From IMG/VR virus record IMGVR_UViG_3300037479_000281: a stretch of 43,789 nt of DNA. One strand, given 5' to 3'. Position 1 is the first letter of the stretch; the number at the start of each line of letters is the position of its first letter. Below the pieces are notes generated by a model. That model did not search any database. It had not been told where the DNA came from and saw only the letters and a program-made list of their open reading frames with translations. Shown here piece by piece: positions 31,547 to 40,552 of the stretch. A program made the translations under genes and the position numbers. This stretch comes from a virus.

Positions 31547-32499
31547 ATGTCTCCTTTGCAGACCTTGTCGAGGCGGTCCGCGAGTTCGTGCAGGCGCCGG
31601 AGACGGTGCTTCCCATCATTCGCCGCGAGGTGAATGCCGAATACAAGCGCCTTGCCCGCAGCGCCAATCTGAGCGAGACTCAGGGCTACCTGAACGAAAG
31701 CGTGGCCCTGGTCTCTGGCCAGGCCTACCTCGCGCTCCCGGGCGATGCGGTCGGGATCGTCTCCATCAGCGATAAGACGAACGAGTTCTCGCTCAGGCGC
31801 AAGGATTTGAAGCACGCGCTCCAGGACGCGGTCTACCGGATCGACACGACAGGCGATGTCCTCTACTACGCCGAGCTCGGCTACCGGGCCACCAAGCGCC
31901 CGCTTTCGGTCAATGATCAGGTGCGGATTCAGGCTTCGGCCGGGCTTACGATCGAGGCGACGGTTCGCGTCCGTGGGCTCCAGGCGACGACGAACATTCC
32001 GACCTTCGACACCCTGACGACGAGCGGCACCTCAGGCGTCGATGGCACCGAGCAATTCCGCCTTGGCTGGTCGATCGACTCGATCGGGACCGATGGAACT
32101 GTCGACGCGGGCTATATCACGATCACCGAGAAGACGACGACAGCCAACGTCCTTGGCTACATTCCAAAGGGCGAGAAGCAATCGCGGTTCTACGTTCTCC
32201 ACCTCGAGAATCCGCCGGATGCCGGCGACAACTTGAATATCGTCTACTTGAAGGGCCTCCGGGATCTCGAGGTCGATGATGATGTGATCGCGATCCCCGA
32301 GATGGCCGAAGCCATCGTCGAGGGAGCTATAGCCAAGATGCGCATGCACGACCGCGCTTACGACCAGGGCGCGATGCACGCTTCAACCGCTCTCCAGCAC
32401 CGCCAAGCCGTTCTCTTTGAACGCGAATCCAAGGGCGAGCAGGGCGCGCACCAAGCGCGACCGGATCTCCGCGGACGAGGTTTCCGCAGGGCCTACTGA
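31543..32499 (+). CDS. Head-tail adaptor / tail tubular A-like structural protein (318 aa)
   Basis: The call is based on position within a podovirus-like gene order only. No motif was recognised. Confidence 0.4.
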   Translation: MNVSFADLVEAVREFVQAPETVLPIIRREVNAEYKRLARSANLSETQGYLNESVALVSGQAYLALPGDAVGIVSISDKTNEFSLRRKDLKHALQDAVYRIDTTGDVLYYAELGYRATKRPLSVNDQVRIQASAGLTIEATVRVRGLQATTNIPTFDTLTTSGTSGVDGTEQFRLGWSIDSIGTDGTVDAGYITITEKTTTANVLGYIPKGEKQSRFYVLHLENPPDAGDNLNIVYLKGLRDLEVDDDVIAIPEMAEAIVEGAIAKMRMHDRAYDQGAMHASTALQHRQAVLFERESKGEQGAHQARPDLRGRGFRRAY

Positions 32500-34133
32500 T
32501 GCCGGACCAGCAGAGCCATACCTTCGAGATTCCCGACTTCCTTGCTGGGGTCCACAACTTCTCCGTCTACCACAAGGCGCCGGAGAATAGTCTCTTCAAG
32601 GCCAAGAACCTCGTCATCGACAAAGCCGGTTATCTCAAGCGCCGTCCGGGGCTCAATCAGCTTGGGGATTTCGGAGCCAGCGCGAACTCTTATTGCTCAG
32701 CGCTCATTGCTGCCGGCAACGGCAGCCAAAGGCGCCTCTTTGCCATCCATGCTTCGGCGCTCGCCACATTCAATGTCAAGGCGTGGAATGGCTCGAGCTG
32801 GTCTGCGGTAACCTACGGTGGACTATCAGGAACTCTTGGGCTCATGCTGCCGCACGTTCCTTCTTGGACTCGTGAGGACAGTGGCACGGAGTATGTTTAC
32901 GCAGGCCCTGGCGAGACATCGTTTATCAAGATCGATGTGGCAGCGCTGACTGCATCCTCAGTCTCGCTTACAGGCCGATCGGCGCTTGGTTTCAATATGG
33001 CGCTCCAATACATGGATCGCCTTTGGGCTGGCGGGACGAACGTTGCTGCTTACCGCGATGCGGTATGGTATTCCGATGTGCTGGTGCCGGAGAACATCGC
33101 CTCGTCGGCGAACGACCAGAACACGATCAAGTTCGATGGGGAGTTTGTCACTCTCATCTACCCCTACCGCGACAATTTCATCATCGTTGGGACAGACCGC
33201 AGCCTCTACATTCTCATGGTTGGCACGTCGGCGAATCTGCTCGACTGGCAGAAAACCAAGCTGGCCAATGATATCGGCGTTGGCTCGCCGTTCACCGCCG
33301 CCTATGGCAACGAGGATGTGTATTTTCTGGACCAACTGAAGAACGTCCGAACGCTCAAGGCAACGGTCGGACAACTCGGCGGCGGCATGGCGCCAGTCCC
33401 GATCTCCATGCCGGTCAAAGATTCGATCAGGAATCTTGCCGGTGACAGCCCGTCGTTCATCAACGCGGCGTTCCTCGATGGGAAGTACGTCATTAGCGGC
33501 CACACGGGAACGCTCAGCGGCGCCAATGGGCAATCCTGGTGCTATGACAGCTATTTTGGAGCATGGACGGGGCCCTTTGTCTGGGAATCGGCTTCCGAGA
33601 CTTCGGACCTTGGCACCAATATCTTGCCTTCGTATGCTTGCAGCAAATCGTTTGCCGGATCGTGGTTCACCTCGAGCCGGGAATACGGGATGTTCTTTGG
33701 TGCGCGCTCGGGATCGACGCTAAAGATCTTCGAATGGGATGAGTCGCTCTATTCTGACCAGACCGGCACTGACGGCTCCTCGACGGTCGTCATTCCGACG
33801 GAGCTCATCACCCGCGCGCACGACTTCGGCGCCCCGCACCAGGAGAAAATCTGCAAGTGGGTTGAGATCGAGTATGGGGACGATGACGAAGGCTACTCGG
33901 GTTCGGGCGCCTTCACGGTCTACGCAAGAAAGGACTTCGACTCGGCATGGACGAGCCTCGGCGGCGTGGCTTACGACTCGACGACGAAATTCTCCCGCCG
34001 GAAGTTTCCGATGAAGATCCTCGATCGGGGAAAAATCTTCCAGATCCGGTTGACGGACAACTCGGCGACCGACGGCCCGAAGATTCGCCGCATGCGAATC
34101 AACTTCCAAGCGTTCGCCGTAGCGGACAATTGA
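32499..34133 (+). CDS. Nozzle / tail tubular B-like structural protein (544 aa)
   Basis: The call rests on position and size. The composition is beta-rich and propeller-like. There is a TGATG overlap upstream. Confidence 0.45.
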   Translation: MPDQQSHTFEIPDFLAGVHNFSVYHKAPENSLFKAKNLVIDKAGYLKRRPGLNQLGDFGASANSYCSALIAAGNGSQRRLFAIHASALATFNVKAWNGSSWSAVTYGGLSGTLGLMLPHVPSWTREDSGTEYVYAGPGETSFIKIDVAALTASSVSLTGRSALGFNMALQYMDRLWAGGTNVAAYRDAVWYSDVLVPENIASSANDQNTIKFDGEFVTLIYPYRDNFIIVGTDRSLYILMVGTSANLLDWQKTKLANDIGVGSPFTAAYGNEDVYFLDQLKNVRTLKATVGQLGGGMAPVPISMPVKDSIRNLAGDSPSFINAAFLDGKYVISGHTGTLSGANGQSWCYDSYFGAWTGPFVWESASETSDLGTNILPSYACSKSFAGSWFTSSREYGMFFGARSGSTLKIFEWDESLYSDQTGTDGSSTVVIPTELITRAHDFGAPHQEKICKWVEIEYGDDDEGYSGSGAFTVYARKDFDSAWTSLGGVAYDSTTKFSRRKFPMKILDRGKIFQIRLTDNSATDGPKIRRMRINFQAFAVADN

Positions 34134-34561
34134 AGGCGGTCCTGGAGGCCGCTCTTGGCGTCTATGAGCTTGTGCGAGATGAGGCCGACGACCTGGCGCG
34201 CCTGCGCGAGGAGATTGCCGCGCACACAGAGCGCGGGACCTTGGTGGCGATTCACCACGGCGGCCGGGTCACCGGCATGGCCTTCGCCTGGCTGCTTCGC
34301 GACCTCTACGACCTCAAGGCCTTCGGCGGCTACCCGGGCGATGACTTCGAGGCGCCTTACGCTTTTTTGCCGCTCATCTACATTCACCCAGACTTCCGCG
34401 GTTGGCGCTCGATCAAGACGCTCTTGGAGACCTGCCTGCGCCAGTTCTCGGCCGTGCGGCGGATTGCCTTCAAGCGCCACCCCAGGCGCCGTCTGCCGGG
34501 GGCCAAACGACCCTGGCCGCGGGACGGCGAGCGGTTCCACATCCTCTTCATGAAGGACTGA
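34130..34561 (+). CDS. GNAT-like N-acetyltransferase (143 aa)
   Basis: The TTG start forms a TTGA overlap with the upstream stop. The segment LIYIHPDFRGWRSIKTLLETCL resembles GNAT motif A (V.P.yRg.G....L). Confidence 0.45.
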   Translation: MKAVLEAALGVYELVRDEADDLARLREEIAAHTERGTLVAIHHGGRVTGMAFAWLLRDLYDLKAFGGYPGDDFEAPYAFLPLIYIHPDFRGWRSIKTLLETCLRQFSAVRRIAFKRHPRRRLPGAKRPWPRDGERFHILFMKD

Positions 34562-34564
34562 GCC

Positions 34565-35551
34565 ATGGGTTTCATTGAGGACATGCTTGGGACCTCCAAG
34601 AAGGACAGGAGGACTCCCTACCCGAACCCGACTCCGGATATCCCGAGCCCCTTGGAAGAGCTGCTCAGCGCCCGGGAGCTCGTCGAAGGCGCCGACAGCT
34701 TCATGGGCATGCCGCTTGGCGACGTGCCAGCGGGTTACATCAAGCCCGAAGGCCAGACGCGCCTGAAGGCTGAGGCTGGGATCGACTTCGGCGCCGGGCC
34801 GGTGGCGCTCGAGGATCTCCTTCGCGCCGGAGTGCGCAAGGACGAGATTGATGTCGAGTTCGCCAACGAGCTTTCGAAGGCTGGGCTCATCGAGAACTGG
34901 GATCTTCAGACCGACAAGACCGTCCACGAGCTGGGCGCCGATCCCTTCATTCGTCTGGCCGAGGACCGCTTCTCGGCCTTCAAGACAGGCCTTTTCCCCG
35001 AGGCCAGGGGAATCCGGGAACAGTTGACCGGTCGCGCCACCGAGCTCATCGGCTCCCTCGACCCCGACAAGTTCCTTGACGACCCTTTTATTCAGGCGGC
35101 GCTGACGAACCAGACCCAGGGCCTCCGCTCGGCCTACGCTGCCCGGGGGCTCAACCAATCGGGCGCCGCGGCGCTGAGCGAGACCGCGCTTGGGCTCCAG
35201 ACGCTCGAGGGGTTGCGCCAGAACCGGATCGGCGAAGCCTTGGGCCTTGTGGATTTTGCCGGCGGGGCCTCGGTCGGGAGTCTCGATGAGGCGTTCCTCG
35301 GGCGCCTGGATCAGCAGTTCCAGCGGAACCTCGGGGAGGGGATGCTCGGGATCCAGCTTCAAGACATGGCTCGGGCGCAGACCCTGCTTGAGAACTTCAA
35401 CCGGGGGACGGAGATCTTCAAGCGTAATTTTATCGAGTCCTATGCTTCAGGTTTGGGTGCCACCGCAGCCAATCCAATTCAAGGTTCTATTGGTGGACCT
35501 AAAGGACAAGGCGGTAGTGGCACAGCAGGCCTTTTGGGAGCACTCCTCTAA
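34565..35551 (+). CDS. Internal virion / ejection-type protein (328 aa)
   Basis: The call is based on position after the nozzle-like gene. It is the first of three consecutive coupled genes. Confidence 0.45.
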   Translation: MGFIEDMLGTSKKDRRTPYPNPTPDIPSPLEELLSARELVEGADSFMGMPLGDVPAGYIKPEGQTRLKAEAGIDFGAGPVALEDLLRAGVRKDEIDVEFANELSKAGLIENWDLQTDKTVHELGADPFIRLAEDRFSAFKTGLFPEARGIREQLTGRATELIGSLDPDKFLDDPFIQAALTNQTQGLRSAYAARGLNQSGAAALSETALGLQTLEGLRQNRIGEALGLVDFAGGASVGSLDEAFLGRLDQQFQRNLGEGMLGIQLQDMARAQTLLENFNRGTEIFKRNFIESYASGLGATAANPIQGSIGGPKGQGGSGTAGLLGALL

Positions 35552-36939
35552 TGCCTTCAATCCCAGGTTTCGCAAGTTGGTCACTGGCTGACTTCGACGC
35601 CGAGCTTCGCGTGCGCCAGCAGCAGGCCGAGATTCTTTCGAAGGAATGGCAGGCGGCGCAGGACAGGGCTGCTCAACAGCAGCTTCAGTCCCGGGCAATC
35701 CAGGCGCAGAAAGAGTCCCAGATGCGCCAGCTCCAGTTTGATGCCGCGCGCCAGGGAATCCAGGTGAAGGCTACCCCCGGGACCGGGCTTGCCGGCATGG
35801 GGCTTGGCAACGGGCTCATCGGCCAGGCAATCAAGGGGGTTGGCAGCCTCTTTGGCGCCGACACCAGCGGCATCATGGGCCAGGCGCCGACCATGACCTT
35901 TGAGGCCGGCCCTGAGATTCAAGCCGAACGCCGCGATGAGGCTCAGCGCCGGGCGCTGGCCATTAAGCAGCTCCAGGCCGAAGTGGACATGCGGAATGCC
36001 GTCCGCGGGGCGGCGAAGATCCGCTCGCGCATGTTGGAGCTGCCGCAGCATCTTCCGTCTGAGCAGCGTTCGCTTGAGGAGCGCTTGATGCTGCGGGCCG
36101 AGGACCCGCTTGCCGCCTGGGTCTACCTGCGCGATGAGGCAGAGCGCCGCCGCCAGGAGATCGAGACGCGAAAGACCGAGACCGAAATCCCGAGCGAACG
36201 CTTGCAGTCGCTTGAGGAGCGCGGGGTGGAGGCCAAGGTCCGCGGGCTCGAGGCCGAGACTCGTATGCTCGAGGGTTCCACGCGCCAGACCTCGGAGGAG
36301 TTCCTTAAGAGCGTCCAAGAAGGGATGCAGGAGTTCAATCCCGAGTTCTACGAGAAGCACAAAGACTATATCGACCGCAGCGCGACCGAGTTCTACAACC
36401 GCAACCGAAAGAAGCCTGGCGATATCGATCCCCAGGAATTCACCTCACAGATGACCCAGTTTGCGGCGCAGTCGGAAGCGCGCGGGTCCATGCTTAGCTC
36501 TACGACAAAAACCGCTGAGCGCGAGACGCAAGCCAGGGCTATTGGAGAGTCTGTCAATCAAGTGGTTGAGCGTTATTTGCCTAAGGGCAAAACGATCAAG
36601 AAGGCTATCCAGGGCACTGGGCCAAGGAGCACTGGTGGCTTCGCAGAGCTTGAGTCTGCTCTGGCTAATGCCCAAAAAGAGCTGGCAAGCCGCGGCCAGA
36701 AAGAAGAGGTCGTCAAGGTTGCTCTTCGCAACGCCATCGAATCAGAGATTTCTAGCTACTTAAAGGACTTCCCATCGACATCGCCAGTCGGCCGCGTTTT
36801 GCGTCGTGAGCTTAACCGAAAGCTTGGGAGTGGCCCGGAGTCTGAGAAGCCAATCAATCCAGAGCTGTTGCCGATTGAGCCGGCTGATCTTGAAGTTTTG
36901 GCGCGCCTCATTAAGGCTTATGAAATCAAGGTGCCCTGA
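35551..36939 (+). CDS. Internal virion / ejection-type coiled-coil protein (462 aa)
   Basis: TAATG overlap upstream. The composition is Q/E/R-rich and coiled-coil-like. Confidence 0.45.
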   Translation: MPSIPGFASWSLADFDAELRVRQQQAEILSKEWQAAQDRAAQQQLQSRAIQAQKESQMRQLQFDAARQGIQVKATPGTGLAGMGLGNGLIGQAIKGVGSLFGADTSGIMGQAPTMTFEAGPEIQAERRDEAQRRALAIKQLQAEVDMRNAVRGAAKIRSRMLELPQHLPSEQRSLEERLMLRAEDPLAAWVYLRDEAERRRQEIETRKTETEIPSERLQSLEERGVEAKVRGLEAETRMLEGSTRQTSEEFLKSVQEGMQEFNPEFYEKHKDYIDRSATEFYNRNRKKPGDIDPQEFTSQMTQFAAQSEARGSMLSSTTKTAERETQARAIGESVNQVVERYLPKGKTIKKAIQGTGPRSTGGFAELESALANAQKELASRGQKEEVVKVALRNAIESEISSYLKDFPSTSPVGRVLRRELNRKLGSGPESEKPINPELLPIEPADLEVLARLIKAYEIKVP

Positions 36940-39900
36940 TGCCGCTAAACGTCGGTCTCCTCCAATCCGTTGGCGATGTCTTCAACCAGCCTCCGCCGCA
37001 GCGGGAAGATGAGGAGTTCATCCCGCGGGATGATCCTTACATCTCAGCGCTGCTTGAGGACGATGGCCTTGATCCCCTGACCCGGGCCCATTTCGCCAAG
37101 AAGCGCCGGGATGAGCTTCAGCGCCAGCGCCTGAGCTTCCAGCTCCAGAAGCTGGCAGCCGAGACTGAGGCGCCCGATCGCGGCCTGGTGAGCTGGCTTG
37201 GCCCCATTCCCGTCGGCTTTCAGCTTGGCACCTACCTTGGCATGGAGCCTGGGATGGGCCAGTTCTTGACCGACCTGGTCCTGGATCCGGTGAACCTCGT
37301 CGGCGGGCTCGGCGGCCTGACGAAGCTTGGCCGGGCCTCGAAGTTCCTCTCGGCCGGCGGCAAGGCAGTCACCGCCTCCACCAAGGCCAAGCGGATCATG
37401 GAGGGGGCGGAGTTCCTGGCCAAGGTGACGCTTGACGAGGAGCTGGGCCTACGGCTCTCCCAGGCTGCGGCCAAGGGCGGGCGCAAAGGGGCCCAGGAAG
37501 CGATTGCCGCCTTCAAAAAGCTCAAGAAGGTGCCACTGAGCGCTGATGACCTGAAGAAGCTTGAGGCTATCGACCCAAGCCTCGTTGGTCTGGTGAAGAA
37601 CGCCAAGGAGGAGTTCCGCGGCCTGAAAGCCGCCTTTGAGCTTGGGGACCGGATTGGCGCCGCCCAGTTTAAGACCAAGTTCCTTGACCGGGTACTCGCC
37701 GGCCAATCGGCCTTCGTCAACCTCTCGATTCCAGGCACCGGGATCGACGTGGGCGGGCTCCGGTTCCCGAGGCTCCTGAAGGCCATCATGGGCGACTCCA
37801 AGCCCCTGGCCGAGGCCATAGAAGGCGCTGGGAAGGCTGCCAAGTCCGCTGTTGCCAGCGCCAAGCTGATCGAGCGGCCGGCGAAACTCATCGGCGAGGC
37901 CCTGGACCCCTCCAACAACCAGGCGCTTCTGAGCCACTTCCAGGACACGATCGACGACGTGATGAACCTCGCGGGGCCCGAGAGCCTTGTTCGGAAGTTC
38001 ACGCCAGACTCGATGACGGGTGTCGGCGTCGAGTTTGCGACGACGGCACGGGATTCGATCATTGGTTTTGCCAACCGCGCCGGGCTCATCGGCGAGACCC
38101 TAAAGACGATCTTCCCCGACGCGGCGCTCCGAAAGACGCTCTCCTTTGCGCGCGAGGATCCGGCAAAGTTTGCAAAGACCCTGGGCGCTCTCAACGACAC
38201 TCAGAAGGCCGCCTGGAACAGCTTCACGAAGATGCTCGATGACCTTGGCGCCTCGCTTAAGGATCAGGGGATCCTTGGGGATGTCCGCGATAACTACATC
38301 ACCCACCTTGTCGAGGTGACGAACCCGGCCGAGTTCGCCAATATCAAGGATTCTCTCGTTGCCGGGCAGCGGATCTCGCGCCGCCGGGCGAAGATTCCGA
38401 AGTCTCGCTTTGGGCTGGAGCGTACCTTCGACACGCTTGCCGACATGCAACAGTATTTGAAGGAGAACCCCAAGGCGCCCTTCCGGCTGAAGACGACCGA
38501 CATCGCCGAGGTGGCGCAGACATACCTCCGCTCGGTCGGCACCGCCACGGTGCGCGGGCAGGCGCTTGATTCCATGCAGGCGCTTCGGGGCATGGACAAT
38601 CTTCCCCTGGCGCTGCGGGTGCCCAAGGGCGATGCGCGCGTATTTGGCAAACTTCCAAGGGCAATCCAGGCAGCCAAGGCCACGCTCAAGGACAACCCGC
38701 TTTCCTACGAGCGCTTGCCGGGGCTCAAAGTCTTTGAGGATTTCGTTTTCCACAAAGATGTTGCCAAGGAGATGGATGCGCTCTTTTCCCGCAGCTTCTT
38801 CATCTCCGATGAGACCTCTCAGCGCACTTTCAACAAGTTCCTGAGCCGCCTCAATTTCGTCAACCACCTGGGGAAGGGCTCGCTCTTTGGCCTGGTGCCT
38901 TTCTTTCATGCCGCCTCCCTCGTCTTCTCGAACTTTGCGCTCCTGCCTTTCAATGTCGCTGCACGCAATACGGTCGATGTGGCGCGGTTTCTCCGGGCAA
39001 CGAGCGACCCGGCGAAGCAGTTCGAGATCATTACCCAGATGCTCACTCGGAGCCTTCGGGGAACGGACGAGTTTGGCCCGCGGCTCATCGATGCTCGCGA
39101 CATGGTGCGCCGGGCTCTCAACTCCGGCATGAAGCTCGGCAGCCCCTCGGCCGACACCGGCTATGGGGCCCTCAAGAAGGCCTTGGAGTTCGCCTCGACG
39201 AATCTGCCTCGTGGGCTCAATAGCCCGTTCACCGGGCTCAAGCACGTCAACAACCTCTCGGACTTCAATCTCTGGCGGGTCTTCCACGACGGGCTCAAGA
39301 TGCAGGCCTGGGTCCACATGACGACCTCCGAGCTGCGCCGGGCGCCGGGGATCCTTGAGGATGCCGCGAAGCTCAGGAAGCTCGATACCGAGGTCGGCTC
39401 GATCGTCGATGCGGCTTTTGGAGGCATCCTCGACCGGCTGATGATCCATCCCCAGTGGAAGGATGCCGCACGCTGGGCATTCCTGGCGCCTGACTGGTCG
39501 CTCTCAAACCTCATGATGGCCCGGGACATGTTCGTCAACATGCCGGGACTGAGGGAGCTGTCACTCGGCCGCGCGCTCACTCGCGATGTCCTTATGGCTG
39601 ATCTGCGCTTCCGCGCCGCTGCTGCCTACAACATTCGCGCGGCCTTCTACATGTACACCTTCGGGAATGTCCTCAACCGCGCCTTCACCGGCCGCTGGCT
39701 CTGGGAGAATGACGACGAATCGATCGACAAGGACACCGGGCTCAAGATCAAAATCGAGCTGCCCTATAAGCGCGCCGACGGCCGCAAGCAATACATGGAC
39801 ATCTCGAAGCAGTTCGCCGAGCCGATCAAGCTCGTGACGAGCCCGCCGGCCTACGCGCTCTCGAAGATGGGCGTCCTGCCGCGCGTCTTCCGCACCCTCG

Positions 39901-40169
39901 TCCTTGGCCAGGACAGTTTCGGGAACCCGGTCTACGGCACAGACGATGGGCCCTACTCGCGGCTCCTGAAGTCGATCGCAGCCACCAGCGGCCAGTTTGC
40001 CCCGATCACCGGCCAGAGCCTCGTTGACGTGGCGCGTGGGCTTAGGGATTGGCGCTCGGTCGGGATCTCGACCCTGGGCGGCGTCGGGGTCTCGTCCGAG
40101 AGCCGGGAGGGCTTCGAGCGCAAGCAGAGAGAGCTTGAGATCAAACAGAAACTCAGGGAGATCCGCTGA
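36939..40169 (+). CDS. Large internal virion / ejection-type protein (1076 aa)
   Basis: This is the largest gene. It is coupled by TGATG on both sides and occupies a position like the T7 gp16-class gene. No enzymatic motif was recognised. Confidence 0.55.
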   Translation: MPLNVGLLQSVGDVFNQPPPQREDEEFIPRDDPYISALLEDDGLDPLTRAHFAKKRRDELQRQRLSFQLQKLAAETEAPDRGLVSWLGPIPVGFQLGTYLGMEPGMGQFLTDLVLDPVNLVGGLGGLTKLGRASKFLSAGGKAVTASTKAKRIMEGAEFLAKVTLDEELGLRLSQAAAKGGRKGAQEAIAAFKKLKKVPLSADDLKKLEAIDPSLVGLVKNAKEEFRGLKAAFELGDRIGAAQFKTKFLDRVLAGQSAFVNLSIPGTGIDVGGLRFPRLLKAIMGDSKPLAEAIEGAGKAAKSAVASAKLIERPAKLIGEALDPSNNQALLSHFQDTIDDVMNLAGPESLVRKFTPDSMTGVGVEFATTARDSIIGFANRAGLIGETLKTIFPDAALRKTLSFAREDPAKFAKTLGALNDTQKAAWNSFTKMLDDLGASLKDQGILGDVRDNYITHLVEVTNPAEFANIKDSLVAGQRISRRRAKIPKSRFGLERTFDTLADMQQYLKENPKAPFRLKTTDIAEVAQTYLRSVGTATVRGQALDSMQALRGMDNLPLALRVPKGDARVFGKLPRAIQAAKATLKDNPLSYERLPGLKVFEDFVFHKDVAKEMDALFSRSFFISDETSQRTFNKFLSRLNFVNHLGKGSLFGLVPFFHAASLVFSNFALLPFNVAARNTVDVARFLRATSDPAKQFEIITQMLTRSLRGTDEFGPRLIDARDMVRRALNSGMKLGSPSADTGYGALKKALEFASTNLPRGLNSPFTGLKHVNNLSDFNLWRVFHDGLKMQAWVHMTTSELRRAPGILEDAAKLRKLDTEVGSIVDAAFGGILDRLMIHPQWKDAARWAFLAPDWSLSNLMMARDMFVNMPGLRELSLGRALTRDVLMADLRFRAAAAYNIRAAFYMYTFGNVLNRAFTGRWLWENDDESIDKDTGLKIKIELPYKRADGRKQYMDISKQFAEPIKLVTSPPAYALSKMGVLPRVFRTLVLGQDSFGNPVYGTDDGPYSRLLKSIAATSGQFAPITGQSLVDVARGLRDWRSVGISTLGGVGVSSESREGFERKQRELEIKQKLREIR

Positions 40170-40552
40170 TGTCAAGTCCGCAGCTCGATCGCATGGGGCG
40201 CATGTTCACAATGCCTGGCGGCTCCCGTGAGGCCGTCACCAGCGCAACGGCAACATTCACTGCCAGCACAACTGAAGCCACAGTCCTCGCTGCCGGCGGC
40301 GCCGGGGTTTTTCACGACGTTGTCCTGATCGTGGTTGCCAATACCTCTGCCGCAACTGCGACTCGGGTAGATATCCGTGCGACAACTGGCGGCACGGTGA
40401 TCGCGTCAGTGAACGTTGTCGGTGGCGCCACGGCTGTTTTGCCGTTCTCTGTGCCGCTCTCTCAGCCAGCCGCGGATGCTGCTTGGACGGCGCAATGCAG
40501 CGTGTCGACGACTGACGTTCGGGTGTTCATTACTGCCGTCAAGGCGTTCTGA
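40169..40552 (+). CDS. Small Ala/Thr/Val-rich beta-type structural protein (127 aa)
   Basis: It is coupled on both sides and precedes the tailspike. Confidence 0.5.
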   Translation: MSSPQLDRMGRMFTMPGGSREAVTSATATFTASTTEATVLAAGGAGVFHDVVLIVVANTSAATATRVDIRATTGGTVIASVNVVGGATAVLPFSVPLSQPAADAAWTAQCSVSTTDVRVFITAVKAF

